Virus record (IMG/VR): IMGVR_UViG_3300043411_002804
From: an uncultured virus (IMG/VR IMGVR_UViG_3300043411_002804)
Taxonomy: Duplodnaviria; Heunggongvirae; Uroviricota; Caudoviricetes
Length of the DNA stretch: 64,000 nt
Strand: one strand, 5' to 3'
The notes beneath the pieces were generated by a model. The model was not told the origin of the DNA. It made no database searches and saw only the letters and a program-made list of their open reading frames with translations. Below, piece after piece: positions 1 through 10,489 of the stretch; the stretch's first letter is position 1, and the number at the start of each line of letters is the position of its first letter. The translations under genes were made by a program, and so were the position numbers.

Positions 1-61
1 AGTTTATACTATTTATAGGTTAAATTTGCACATAACTTATAACAAGTACCTTTTAAAATAT

Positions 62-460
62 TCATCTTAGATTCCAGATAGCCCTTTCTTTATCCTCGTC
101 ACTCAATCGCTCAAACCATTCCTCTTGGAAATAATTGATACCATTAAGCCACCATTCATAATCCCAACTTCCATCATCGTGGTGACATTCAATTGCAGGT
201 CCATCTGATCGATGCCTTAATCCATTAAGGTACCAATATTTATCGCCATCCGCATATACAATAGCCGGACCATCTATCCGATGTAATTTGCCATTAAGAT
301 ACCAATACTTAGTCCCACTTTTTTGTTCCACGGCAGGCCCATCATCTCGATGAAATAATCTATTGGATAGATATTCTCTACTCCCATTTGGATATTCTAC
401 AATACCTGTATAGTTTTCTGGTACATCTCTCCAATACTTGACTTTTTTTAAAGTATTCAT
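62..460 (-). CDS. HRxDGPA-repeat family protein (array A, 3 modules)
   Basis: NYTG / HRxDGPA x3 / QEEWFERLS..AIWNLR family signature. Confidence 0.85.
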   Translation of the reverse strand: MNTLKKVKYWRDVPENYTGIVEYPNGSREYLSNRLFHRDDGPAVEQKSGTKYWYLNGKLHRIDGPAIVYADGDKYWYLNGLRHRSDGPAIECHHDDGSWDYEWWLNGINYFQEEWFERLSDEDKERAIWNLR

Positions 461-741
461 CTTAGATTCCAGATCGCTTTCAACTTATCTTCTTCACTCA
501 ATAATTCAAACCATTCCTCTTGGGAATAATAAATCCCGTTAAGAAACCATTCTTTATATCCATTAACAAATTCAACAGCAGGTCCATCAACTCGATGCTT
601 TTTGCCATTAAGATAGTAAGCTTTACTTTCACTAGTATATTCAGCAACACCTGTAAAGTTTTCAGGTATTTCTGACGTATATTTAATTTTGAGAATATTC
701 AACTTAGACTCCGGAATCACTTTCCATTCATCATCATTCAT
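457..741 (-). CDS. HRxDGPA-repeat family protein (array A, 1 module; may start at TTG ~702)
   Basis: Family signature; ATGA overlap with the next copy. Confidence 0.8.
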   Translation of the reverse strand: MNDDEWKVIPESKLNILKIKYTSEIPENFTGVAEYTSESKAYYLNGKKHRVDGPAVEFVNGYKEWFLNGIYYSQEEWFELLSEEDKLKAIWNLR

Positions 742-749
742 TCTTTTAA

Positions 750-2063
750 TTAAATTTCCCTCAAGATAATTTCTGCACCCGAAGTTATGAACTCTCCATT
801 TATCTCATCACCAATACCAAAATAATTAGCTTCGTAATTAGAATTACACAAAATTAATTCAATAAAGTTTTTAAATTCATCAGAATTTAATTCGAAATGA
901 TGATCTTCATGACGAAATCCACTCAATGCAAAGTGCTTATTGAAGGCAAAGTTTGGTGTGGTTATAATTAACCTGGAAGGTTTGTATTTTGTGAGGATAT
1001 ACTCAACTAATTTTTTAGCCTCATCAAATAACATATGTTCAATAACCTCAATTAATAAACAGATTGAGTTATCTGGAATACATAGTTCATTCAAATTATT
1101 TGAAAAAACGATTTTTTTCTTTGAATGTTTCTTTGATAATGATGATATCAATTTGCTATAATCAACTTTATCTACAGCATACCAAGTTTTAGTATCATCT
1201 AATTTACCCAGAAGTTTTTGAGCATAATTTAGTTGCCCACACCCAATCTCCAATACATTATTATTGATTTTCCCTTCAGTTAGGATCTTTTGAGAAATAA
1301 AATTTAAACGCATGACCTGAGTTGTCCCCCAGGTCATGTTTAGATCTCCTTTGAAAACAGAATTTAACTCTGATTTAAGTAATTCAAAGTCTTCTTTGCT
1401 CCTTACACACCTTTTTGCAAACAAATAAATTACAAAGTAAGGTACTGGATCCAAATTTTTCATAATTCTTATATACTTTCGAATCATATCCATATTAAAA
1501 TAGCCACGCAATGTATTTGTTGCAGACAAATACATGCAACTTAGAGCTGTTAGATTTATTAATTCATGTAGACTTTTATTTGTGGTAATTTTTAAACTAA
1601 AAAGATTACCACACTTGTGAATTAACTCTATCTGAGGATAGTAAGTAGATAAAATAAACTTTTTATTTTTTGAGAGAGAGTCAACATAAATATTCTCTAT
1701 ATAAATTTGATGTGTATAGCCCTCAACATCTAAGTCTGAAACTTTTGTGTCATTTAACCAAGTAATTTTATCGTCAAACCATGCCTGTTTATCTATCATT
1801 AGATCTCTTAAAAATTCAGATGCTAAAGAGAGAAAAACCCTCGGATCGGAAAAACTATTATAGTCTATCTTACTATTTTCATATTTGTCTACAAAAGAAT
1901 GATTTGTATCATGAAAAACCAAATGATATTCGTGATTACTTACGATATGTCCTATACCTACACCTTTTTTAATTTGTCGGAGCTGAACTCCCTCAAAAGA
2001 GTTCGGGTTTTTTCTAAGCAAAGAAATAAAATCTTGGTTTGTTGAAGTAATCTTAATTATCAT
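750..2063 (-). CDS. hen1: Hen1 RNA 3'-terminal 2'-O-methyltransferase (Pnkp1-Rnl-Hen1 type)
   Basis: N-terminal LLRKNP, VPYFVIYLF, SAM motif LEIGCG, EVIEH, TTPN and FRHEDHHFE, all typical of bacterial Hen1. Confidence 0.85.
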   Translation of the reverse strand: MIIKITSTNQDFISLLRKNPNSFEGVQLRQIKKGVGIGHIVSNHEYHLVFHDTNHSFVDKYENSKIDYNSFSDPRVFLSLASEFLRDLMIDKQAWFDDKITWLNDTKVSDLDVEGYTHQIYIENIYVDSLSKNKKFILSTYYPQIELIHKCGNLFSLKITTNKSLHELINLTALSCMYLSATNTLRGYFNMDMIRKYIRIMKNLDPVPYFVIYLFAKRCVRSKEDFELLKSELNSVFKGDLNMTWGTTQVMRLNFISQKILTEGKINNNVLEIGCGQLNYAQKLLGKLDDTKTWYAVDKVDYSKLISSLSKKHSKKKIVFSNNLNELCIPDNSICLLIEVIEHMLFDEAKKLVEYILTKYKPSRLIITTPNFAFNKHFALSGFRHEDHHFELNSDEFKNFIELILCNSNYEANYFGIGDEINGEFITSGAEIILREI

Positions 2064-2074
2064 TTAATTCACCA

Positions 2075-2512
2075 TTATCCTATAATTTCTGGCTCAATTT
2101 CTTCAAAGTCTACAGGATATTCTTTTTCCGAATCTAATTCGTTCTCAAAATATTCAGAAGAAAAATTATCAACATTTAATTTAATTATATCATCCTCATC
2201 TAAATCGTCATCATCAGGAGAATCTTTTTTTAGTTTATTAAAAGGATTAATAAAATTATTTTTTATAGATTTGGATCTTTTGGCTTTAATAGTGTCTTTA
2301 ATAATAGAGATATCTGAGCTCACCAGAAGGCTTTGTTTTCGAGCCTCTCTGAAAAGCTCATTTTCTAGAGATGTTGGAACAGCGATATTAAGTGCAGAGC
2401 CAGAGTACCCAGGAATTTTTCCTTTTACACAATACCAGTTACCTTTTTTATTTTTCTTGCCTGACTTTTCAAGTACATACATTGATCCATTATAATTTAA
2501 TTTTAATTCCAT
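2075..2512 (-). CDS. hypothetical protein with acidic C-terminus
   Basis: 145-aa ORF with GAGGAGG RBS, downstream of the promoter motif. Confidence 0.75.
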   Translation of the reverse strand: MELKLNYNGSMYVLEKSGKKNKKGNWYCVKGKIPGYSGSALNIAVPTSLENELFREARKQSLLVSSDISIIKDTIKAKRSKSIKNNFINPFNKLKKDSPDDDDLDEDDIIKLNVDNFSSEYFENELDSEKEYPVDFEEIEPEIIG

Positions 2513-2601
2513 ACATTCCTCCTCTTAAGGTGAGAGATTTTAGATTAAAAACATAACCTTTCTAATAATTTATTGTTATTAAATGACACACCTACCCTTG
2601 T

Positions 2602-2629
2602 AAGATAGATTTTTATTTTTTTTTAGCAA
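2602..2629 (-). promoter_or_regulatory. conserved phage promoter motif
   Basis: TTGCTA-N16-TATCTT. Confidence 0.6.
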
Positions 2630-2679
2630 AAGAATTTGTCAACCAAATCTATTTATAAATTAATAATTGTCTATGGAAT

Positions 2680-3048
2680 GTGATAATGCCTGTAACCACT
2701 AAATTTTATGAAGTATTTGCAGAACCAACAGGAACTCAAATACATAATATTTTGGGTGGTTCCCCAAGTATTAATTCTGGATACATTAAGCAAATTTTTA
2801 TATCAAGTATTAATGGTGGGGGTAGCTATATGAATATTCAAGTTCGTTATTTTGAAGATAATACTGACATCACTAATCTCGTTTTGAGCTATGATAGAGC
2901 TGAGTTACCAAGCTTTGCCGGATTAAATTTAAATGCCCCATTTGATCTTAGATGTGCTAATACTTCTGATGATTTGATATTGTTTTTATCACCTGAAGAA
3001 AGTGGTAATTTTAAAATAAGAATTGATTTTGATTTGGACCGGAGATGA
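2680..3048 (+). CDS. hypothetical, probable virion-associated protein
   Basis: First gene of a plus-strand cluster; beta-rich composition. Confidence 0.65.
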   Translation: MIMPVTTKFYEVFAEPTGTQIHNILGGSPSINSGYIKQIFISSINGGGSYMNIQVRYFEDNTDITNLVLSYDRAELPSFAGLNLNAPFDLRCANTSDDLILFLSPEESGNFKIRIDFDLDRR

Positions 3049-3049
3049 A

Positions 3050-3460
3050 ATGTTAGGACTTGAACAACATATTATTTTATCTGATGCGAATTTTAACACT
3101 AATTATCAATTTGCGACTGCAGTTAATGTAACTAGATTTGATAAAATAGATTTTTTTATTTATGTAACAGATGATGGAAGTGGATTAATTAACACACTAG
3201 ATTTTGTTTTTGAGTGTGCAGGGTTTGCAAACCCTAACGAAAACGACTGGGCTAGAGTTTCTTACGAAACATTTGATCAATCATCTGGTACTTTTTTATT
3301 AAATGATTATGTAATAAGAAAAACAATTACCGAACCAACTTCTGTTTCAGTTCGTTGCAGAGCACAAGGTATTTGTATAAGAATTGGAATTAAAGCTAAT
3401 TCAAATGGTGGTTTATATAACGTTGGTGTTGTTAAAAGAAATTTAAATCCAAAAGTTTAA
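3050..3460 (+). CDS. hypothetical, probable virion-associated protein
   Basis: ATG at 3050 after a GGAG RBS, 1 nt after the upstream stop. Confidence 0.65.
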   Translation: MLGLEQHIILSDANFNTNYQFATAVNVTRFDKIDFFIYVTDDGSGLINTLDFVFECAGFANPNENDWARVSYETFDQSSGTFLLNDYVIRKTITEPTSVSVRCRAQGICIRIGIKANSNGGLYNVGVVKRNLNPKV

Positions 3461-3475
3461 AAGGAGTTTTTTTAA

Positions 3476-4009
3476 ATGTTTAAGCAAATTATTTCAACCT
3501 TAACAAAAGTTATAACAGGATATCATGCGTCTCCAGATATTAATGAACAAACAATAAAGCTGGGGCGCGCTGAGGCTGTTATCGAACATCGATCTTCAGA
3601 CGGCTCTTTATTAGGAACTGAAGTTGTACACAACCTCATTACCGATGTTGGTCGTAGACAATATCATAAACAATGCTTTGGAACATCAGGCTTAGCTACA
3701 AATGGTATGAACTACATCGCATTAAGTAATGATACTGTATCAGAAGATGCCTCATCAACAACTTTATCTACTGAAATTGCAAGCAACGGATTAAGTAGAG
3801 CGCAAGGCACTGTTACTTTACCAACAGGATCAGGAACACAAACAACTATTAGCAAAGTTTTTACTGCTACAGGTACACAGTCGGCCCAAAAAATGGCACT
3901 CTTCGATGCTTCTTCAGCTGGCAATATGAATCACGTATTGTCATTCACTCAAAGAAATCTTATCTCAGGTGACACCTTGACAATAACTGTCACTATCACC
4001 TTAAGTTAA
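3476..4009 (+). CDS. probable tail/baseplate-associated structural protein
   Basis: NLITDVGR..YIALS..TLSTEI..FDASSAGNM..GDTLTIT pattern of phage tail-associated proteins; T/S/G-rich; AAGGAG RBS. Confidence 0.65.
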   Translation: MFKQIISTLTKVITGYHASPDINEQTIKLGRAEAVIEHRSSDGSLLGTEVVHNLITDVGRRQYHKQCFGTSGLATNGMNYIALSNDTVSEDASSTTLSTEIASNGLSRAQGTVTLPTGSGTQTTISKVFTATGTQSAQKMALFDASSAGNMNHVLSFTQRNLISGDTLTITVTITLS

Positions 4010-4011
4010 TT

Positions 4012-5502
4012 TTATTTGTTTTGGCTAAAGGCTTTAAGAACAAAGAGCCTTTGGCCAGCATCATATATTTTTGCCCAGCCCAATTCTTTGGCATGTTCTC
4101 TTTCTGTTAATTTACGTTCATCCATATTCGCCCGACACGGAAGTCTGTTGTAAGTATTAAAATAATCGGTCCACTCCCAACCTAATGTTTCTTTTTCTAA
4201 TTTGAAACCTTGTTTAATTAGAAATTCACCAGTTCCATATCTAAGATCTACCCAATAATGAATTGGTAAATGTGATAAATCTTTTTTAATTTGCTTTAAT
4301 AATTTGGAAAAGGCCCCCATTACATTATGATTAATTTTAGAGCAAAATCTTTCTATTTTTATTTTATCTTTAAAAATTTTATAAGACATTATAGACACTA
4401 ACTCGTCTTTATAATAAAGACCTATATGCCTTGCCTTTTTAAATCCTTTAATGTGATTAACATTAAGAAACTCTTTAGCGTTCGCAAAAGTTACTGTGTT
4501 TATCTTTGTTTTTCTAGCGCCGAGTTTATAATGGTTTTTTTTAAGATTATTGTTAAGTATTGATTTGATTATTTCAAAATTATTAAAAACTTCATTTGAT
4601 CGGAATTGAAAAATTCTTAACTTATTTATTTCAAACAAATTTCTCATTGTAAAATGATATTTTTTATCCTTCTCTTTTTCTGAGTGCCAATATAAACCAT
4701 CTACATTTAAAAAAATAAAATCATTTAGTTTAAAATCAGGTCTGAATCTTAAATTCTCGCATGGTGATTTATTCCAACGCTCAAAAGAACAATTTTTAGA
4801 AATTATTTGTTCAATATCAGTTAGAGATTTTTTATATCCTGATAAAAAAGTATTTAATTCAAGTTCTGACGTTTGCGGATTACGTTTTAAATATCTGTTT
4901 AAAGTAATTTGTGGAATATTATTCTCTATAGATATTTGTCTAATCGATTTTCCAAAATATTTTTTGAATTTTGGCTCCAACTTTTTAGCCAACTTTATGT
5001 TTTTTTCTTTTAAGGTTTTACAATTACCGGATATATGTTTCTTTTTAAATTTTTCATTTTTTTTAAACTTAACTGAAGCGTCCTGTGAAACATTTTCCAC
5101 ACCATATTTTGATAAGTTGGTGGTTATTGTTTTTAAAACAATGACATTATTTTGAGTTGAATGTTTGCAACCATACCTTAAAAAGGTTGTGTTTTCTCTA
5201 CATATCTTGATATGATCTATATCTTTTTTTAAGTTGTTTTCTTTAATTAATTTAGACACCAAGTTACGGTTACAACACAACAGTTTAGAAATAGATTCAA
5301 TACTTAAATTTTCAACAATATATTTTTGATATAAAAAATCTTTTTCATAAGAAAGGTTTAAATTTTTAATATTCCATTCATCAAATAAAAGCTTGAGTTT
5401 CTTTCTATTAATGTCATTAATTCTTGATATTTCGAGTAATGATTTTCGTTCTATTACATATTGTTGATATAAAAGCTCTTTGGTCATTAACACAACCCTC
5501 AC
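4012..5502 (-). CDS. free-standing homing-endonuclease-like protein (Hef-like; Vsr/PD-(D/E)XK domain plus C-terminal GNAT-like domain)
   Basis: N-terminal LYQKYI repeats, KYGVENVSQ, RPDFKL..VDGLYWH, ARKTKI..FLNVNHIKG..ERFCSK..IYDAGQ; lies antisense inside a structural gene cluster. Confidence 0.65.
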   Translation of the reverse strand: MRVVLMTKELLYQQYVIERKSLLEISRINDINRKKLKLLFDEWNIKNLNLSYEKDFLYQKYIVENLSIESISKLLCCNRNLVSKLIKENNLKKDIDHIKICRENTTFLRYGCKHSTQNNVIVLKTITTNLSKYGVENVSQDASVKFKKNEKFKKKHISGNCKTLKEKNIKLAKKLEPKFKKYFGKSIRQISIENNIPQITLNRYLKRNPQTSELELNTFLSGYKKSLTDIEQIISKNCSFERWNKSPCENLRFRPDFKLNDFIFLNVDGLYWHSEKEKDKKYHFTMRNLFEINKLRIFQFRSNEVFNNFEIIKSILNNNLKKNHYKLGARKTKINTVTFANAKEFLNVNHIKGFKKARHIGLYYKDELVSIMSYKIFKDKIKIERFCSKINHNVMGAFSKLLKQIKKDLSHLPIHYWVDLRYGTGEFLIKQGFKLEKETLGWEWTDYFNTYNRLPCRANMDERKLTEREHAKELGWAKIYDAGQRLFVLKAFSQNK

Positions 5503-5561
5503 TCTTATACTACTATTTTGTAGTATTCAAGATACTAAATAATAACATATCGGAGATATCA

Positions 5562-6365
5562 ATGATTACTACTTTGGATGGTGTTATAGCGGGTATGTTA
5601 GCTCCGCAAGAATTTTTAAAAATTGGTGCGACAGCAGAAGCTGCTGGAGTTTTTTATTCATTATTTTATTCTGCGGGAAGACCCGGAGCAGCTGTGGCTC
5701 CGACCCCAGGTTTGGCTGGTGCCGCATTAACAACCTATAGTGGGCAAATACCATGGACAAACCCTGGTAGTGGAAATAGTTATTTAGCTAGATTTCAAGC
5801 CGCTAGTACTGTGGCATGTAGATTAAGTTTACTTGATCGCTTATGGCATAATTCTGGTTTTACCGTAACTACTACAACAGCTCAAACAGTTAACTCAGTT
5901 ACCTGGCCAGCCAGAGATAGTTTAGGAGCTACTAATGGTGACGGTATAATGGTTGGTATCGAAGTTAGCACAGCAACAACAAATGGTTCAGCAATAGCAA
6001 ACATGACTATGTCATACACAAATTCAAATGGAACCGCTGGAAAAACTGCAACAATTACATCATATCCTGCCACTGCAGCACTAGGAACTTTCGTTCCATT
6101 TAATTTAGCGGCAGGTGATACTGGAGTTCGTTCAATTCAATCATTGACACTGGGAACATCTCTTGTTACCGGCAACGTTCATTTGGTGGCATATCGTACT
6201 TTGGCATATCTTGATTTAATCTTAGCCAATACAGGAAACTCTTTGGATGCTATTACTGGCGGATTTGTTAAGTTATATGATAACACGGTTCCATATTTGG
6301 TATATCTACCTGCAGCGACTACAGCAAATACTGTAAGCGGTATGATGATAGTTACCCAAGGATAA
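5562..6365 (+). CDS. probable virion structural protein (A/G/T-rich)
   Basis: ATG 5562 after a GGAG RBS; composition typical of tail/decoration proteins. Confidence 0.7.
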   Translation: MITTLDGVIAGMLAPQEFLKIGATAEAAGVFYSLFYSAGRPGAAVAPTPGLAGAALTTYSGQIPWTNPGSGNSYLARFQAASTVACRLSLLDRLWHNSGFTVTTTTAQTVNSVTWPARDSLGATNGDGIMVGIEVSTATTNGSAIANMTMSYTNSNGTAGKTATITSYPATAALGTFVPFNLAAGDTGVRSIQSLTLGTSLVTGNVHLVAYRTLAYLDLILANTGNSLDAITGGFVKLYDNTVPYLVYLPAATTANTVSGMMIVTQG

Positions 6366-6368
6366 AAT

Positions 6369-9158
6369 GTGTCAAGTTCTGGCAAAGGTATATATCCATT
6401 AAATTCGCTCTTAAAAAAGAGATTTATGAGAAGTGGATATATTGAAATTTTATATGAAAAATCATTAGACTTTCAAACGAAAGACTTTCCGTTAAAAGAC
6501 TTTTTCTTCGGAGCTGCTGGATCTAATTATTCTGACATTGTTTCCGAAACAGTTAATATTTCTGAAGCAATTTCTTATTTTCTAAATGCATCAATACTTG
6601 ATTCGGAATCCTTATCCGTATCAGATACATCAAGTTTAGTATCTAACCTAACCTCTTTGTTTTCTGAATCTTTGAGTATAAGCGAATCAGGTTCATATTT
6701 TTATTCTGCCAATCAAATAAATTCTGAAAACTTAAACATATCTGATTCTGTTTCTTTTTTATTTTCTGTAAATATTTTAAATTCAGAATCTTTATCTGTT
6801 ATTGATAATCTTAACAGTCAGGGTTCTTTTTCAATTTTAAATTCATTGTCTTTAGACATTGTGGAACAAACAGTATCGTTTGCCAACGCTCAAATATCTG
6901 TTTTTGATGAACATACCCTGTCAGAATCATCGACATTTGCTGCTAATAATAATGCATCTTTTTCTAACACCGTTTCATTAATTGAATCAAATTCTGTCAC
7001 AGCAACATTTTTAATTCCACAATCAGAAGTTGTAAATGTTTCTGAAATTTTATTGAACAATAGTAATTATTATCAAAATCAAAGTGCATCAATATCAATA
7101 TCAGATGCTACCTTACCCCAATTTAATGCAAATTTATTAAACGATTTAACATTAATAATTTCTGAAGATAAGGTTGTTTTTTCCGAATTGCTGATATCGG
7201 GTTCAGAAGTTTTAATATTATCTGACAATATCTCATCTGCTGCAAGCCAAACTAATTCTTTTAATGAAAATATAAATTTAACTGAAACTCAAGCAACTAG
7301 TACAATTCAATCACTATCCCTTTCAGAAAATATAAATGTCTTTGACCTATCATCAGAGCAATTAAATTCAATTCAGTCTCAAGATATATCAATCGATATT
7401 TTTGATGCTATAACTAACTTAGTAAATTTCAACATAAGCTCATCAAGTACGTTAACCCTAATTGAATTAGAAAACACCAGCTCTGAACAAACCAACTTTT
7501 TAACAGATGCAATTGAGGTTGTTGAATCAACAAGCACACAATCTAATCAATTCGAATCACTTTCAAATAATTTAATAATAAACAACGATTTGCTATTTAT
7601 ATCTGGATTTAACCATAGTGACATTGATTCTGTTACAATTATTGAAAGTGCAAATTCTAATTCAGATCAATTTAATTCTTTTTCAGAATTAATAAACGTT
7701 ACAGATTCATCCACCTCTACATCAGAACAATATAATTTATTATCTGAAATAATTGCGATTTCAGACAACTCAGAAATTGTCTCAGGTCTAAACAATTTAT
7801 TAAATGAATCTATTAATTTAAATGAATCATCTTCTTTTAATTATAGTGCTAACCAAAATATTTCTGAACTCATAACACTAAATGAAACTCTCGGGTTTTT
7901 TACCGCATTTCTACCTACATTTTCTGATATAAACCTCAATATGTTTGAGGATGTTGGGTTTAATTCCATTTATTCTATGAATGTATCAGAGACAATCAAT
8001 ATTTTAGAATTAGGTAATTCAAATTCAGAACAATATAATACATTAACTGATTTCGTTAATGTTTTAGATTCAACATCATTTTTTGTAGGAATGAATTCTA
8101 TTGTTAGCGAAAACCTAACTTTTAATGGTGTTGTAAATTCTGCATCAGAATTTTTTGGAACAACCTCAGATTCCTTTGGTTTAAGCGAAAACATTGAGCT
8201 ATCACAAAATATGGAGAATAATCTTTCTTCAACCATAAGCCTTGTAGAATCTGAATTGATTAAAATTGATTTCAATCAAAATAATCTAGAAGAACTCAAT
8301 TTAATTGAATTAACTCATGCATCTTTTGGAATGTCGTCACTATTAAACGAAGGTATTGCATTAGATGATGATTTGATTTCACAATCAAATTTAAGTATTT
8401 TCACCTCTACCTCATTAAGTATAAGTGAATTATTAAATAACGTTTTTAACACTAATTTAGACATTGCTGATAGCATCTCAATTAACATAATTTCTTCAGC
8501 AAAACAGGAAAATAATGTTGTTTATGAAGAAATTTTTTCATTGTCAGAAGATGCAACAAATACATTTGATTTCTATATTAATCATTTTGATTCATTAGCA
8601 ATATCAGATAACATAATTTCTATGTATGGCCCAAACATTGTTCAAGAAAGTATACTCTCTTTGTTGGAAAGCTCTTCATTCGTTGGTGAATACAAACAAT
8701 ATATAGAATTTCAAATTGATGTTAATGAACTCCTAACTTATTCAAGTTCTTTCGAAAGTAACTTAACCGATAGTATCTTGCTGGAAGAATTATCTATATC
8801 ACAATCAAACAATCATTTCAGCGGTAGTGAAGTTATATTCATTGTGGAAACTAAACTAGTAAACTTTGGTGCAACGGTAATTAGTAGTGATTCAATATCA
8901 GTATCAGATGCTAATTCTCTAAGTTGCGAATATTTTATATCTTATAATGAAAGTTTGATGCTTACAGCTAATTTGGTAGCCTCGAAGAGCTACATCATGA
9001 ATTTAAATGAATTAATATCATTAGCCAACACTATTTTTAGTGAAACAGGGCATAGTGAGCCTAATGATTTAGTTATTACATGGAGTGGTGATCAATTGCA
9101 AAATGATGGAATTAGAATTCAAGGTAATATAGTTATCAATCAACAAAATTCTTTTTAA
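6369..9158 (+). CDS. large Ser/Glu/Asn-rich quasi-repetitive protein, probable virion fibre/surface protein
   Basis: 929-aa ORF with recurring SE(S/N)(L/I)x(I/L/V)S(D/E) motif about every 25 aa. Confidence 0.7.
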   Translation: MSSSGKGIYPLNSLLKKRFMRSGYIEILYEKSLDFQTKDFPLKDFFFGAAGSNYSDIVSETVNISEAISYFLNASILDSESLSVSDTSSLVSNLTSLFSESLSISESGSYFYSANQINSENLNISDSVSFLFSVNILNSESLSVIDNLNSQGSFSILNSLSLDIVEQTVSFANAQISVFDEHTLSESSTFAANNNASFSNTVSLIESNSVTATFLIPQSEVVNVSEILLNNSNYYQNQSASISISDATLPQFNANLLNDLTLIISEDKVVFSELLISGSEVLILSDNISSAASQTNSFNENINLTETQATSTIQSLSLSENINVFDLSSEQLNSIQSQDISIDIFDAITNLVNFNISSSSTLTLIELENTSSEQTNFLTDAIEVVESTSTQSNQFESLSNNLIINNDLLFISGFNHSDIDSVTIIESANSNSDQFNSFSELINVTDSSTSTSEQYNLLSEIIAISDNSEIVSGLNNLLNESINLNESSSFNYSANQNISELITLNETLGFFTAFLPTFSDINLNMFEDVGFNSIYSMNVSETINILELGNSNSEQYNTLTDFVNVLDSTSFFVGMNSIVSENLTFNGVVNSASEFFGTTSDSFGLSENIELSQNMENNLSSTISLVESELIKIDFNQNNLEELNLIELTHASFGMSSLLNEGIALDDDLISQSNLSIFTSTSLSISELLNNVFNTNLDIADSISINIISSAKQENNVVYEEIFSLSEDATNTFDFYINHFDSLAISDNIISMYGPNIVQESILSLLESSSFVGEYKQYIEFQIDVNELLTYSSSFESNLTDSILLEELSISQSNNHFSGSEVIFIVETKLVNFGATVISSDSISVSDANSLSCEYFISYNESLMLTANLVASKSYIMNLNELISLANTIFSETGHSEPNDLVITWSGDQLQNDGIRIQGNIVINQQNSF

Positions 9159-9163
9159 AATAT

Positions 9164-9559
9164 TCATATTAGATTCCAGATAGCCTTTTCTTTATCCTCG
9201 TCACTCAATCGCTCAAACCATTCCTCTTGGAAATAATTGATACCATTAAGCCACCATTCATAATCACAACTTCCATCATCGTGGTGATATTGACTCGCTG
9301 GGCCATCTGATCGATGCCTTAATCCATTAAGATACCAATGTTCATCGCCATCCGCATATTCAATAGCAGGCCCATCAACGCGATGTAATTTTCCATTGAC
9401 CCACCAAGCTTTAGAGCCATTAATATTTTCAATAGCAGGCCCATCTTCTCGATGTTTTCTACCATTAGAATACCAATGTCTAGAACCATCATTTGTTTCA
9501 ACGATACCTGTATAATTTTCTGGTATCTCATTCCAACGATTGATCTTTATAAGACTCAT
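9164..9559 (-). CDS. HRxDGPA-repeat family protein (array B)
   Basis: Family signature; start taken at the ATGA overlap. Confidence 0.85.
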   Translation of the reverse strand: MSLIKINRWNEIPENYTGIVETNDGSRHWYSNGRKHREDGPAIENINGSKAWWVNGKLHRVDGPAIEYADGDEHWYLNGLRHRSDGPASQYHHDDGSCDYEWWLNGINYFQEEWFERLSDEDKEKAIWNLI

Positions 9560-9870
9560 CTTAAATTCCAAATTGCTTTCAATTTATCTTCTTCACTCAA
9601 TCGCTCAAACCATTCCTCTTGGGAATAATTAATCCCATTAAGGTACCATGCTTTATACCCATTTGGATATTCAACAGCAGGTCCATCTAACCTATGTCTT
9701 TGGCCATTAAGATACCAATGCTTATCTCCATAAATACTTTCAAAGGCAGGTCCGTCATCTCGATGTAATTGGCCGTTAAGATACCAAGCTTTATTTCCAT
9801 TAGAATATTCACAAATACCATAATAGTTTTCGGGTATATCATCATAATAATTTGCTTTCATGATATTCAT
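9556..9870 (-). CDS. HRxDGPA-repeat family protein (array B)
   Basis: Family signature; ATGA overlap. Confidence 0.85.
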   Translation of the reverse strand: MNIMKANYYDDIPENYYGICEYSNGNKAWYLNGQLHRDDGPAFESIYGDKHWYLNGQRHRLDGPAVEYPNGYKAWYLNGINYSQEEWFERLSEEDKLKAIWNLR

Positions 9871-10181
9871 TTTAGGTTCCAGATAGCCCTTTCTTTATCC
9901 TCGTCACTCAATCGCTCAAACCATTCCTCTTGGAAATAATTGATACCATTAAGCCACCATTCTTTGTCTCCATCATTCCACTCAATGGCTGGCCCATCTA
10001 CTCGATGCAATTGGCCATTAAAAAACCATTTCTTAGTTCCATCAGAATATTCTATAGCAGGCCCATCTTCTCGATGGCGTTTACCATTAAGAAGCCACCA
10101 TTTGTCTCCATTAGGATATTCCACAATACCTGTATAGTTATATGGTATATCAAGCCACCTATTTAATTTTAAAGGATTCAT
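9867..10181 (-). CDS. HRxDGPA-repeat family protein (array B)
   Basis: Family signature; ATGA overlap. Confidence 0.85.
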   Translation of the reverse strand: MNPLKLNRWLDIPYNYTGIVEYPNGDKWWLLNGKRHREDGPAIEYSDGTKKWFFNGQLHRVDGPAIEWNDGDKEWWLNGINYFQEEWFERLSDEDKERAIWNLK

Positions 10182-10489
10182 CTTAAATTCCAGATGGCAT
10201 TTTCTTTATCTTCTTCACTCAATCGCTCAAACCATTCCTCTTGAGGATAATAGACATTATTAAGATACCAATACTTATCTCCATTAGAACATTCAACAGC
10301 AGGTCCATTTACTCTATGACGCTTGCCATTAAGATACCAATATCTATCTCCATTTGAAAGCTCAACAGCAGGACCATCATCTCGATGTGTTATACCATTA
10401 AGATAATAATATCGATTACTATGATATACCACAATGCCTGTATAATCTTCTGGTATTTCAAACCAATACATTATTTTTAAGACATTCAT
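10178..10489 (-). CDS. HRxDGPA-repeat family protein (array B)
   Basis: Family signature; ATGA overlap. Confidence 0.85.
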   Translation of the reverse strand: MNVLKIMYWFEIPEDYTGIVVYHSNRYYYLNGITHRDDGPAVELSNGDRYWYLNGKRHRVNGPAVECSNGDKYWYLNNVYYPQEEWFERLSEEDKENAIWNLR

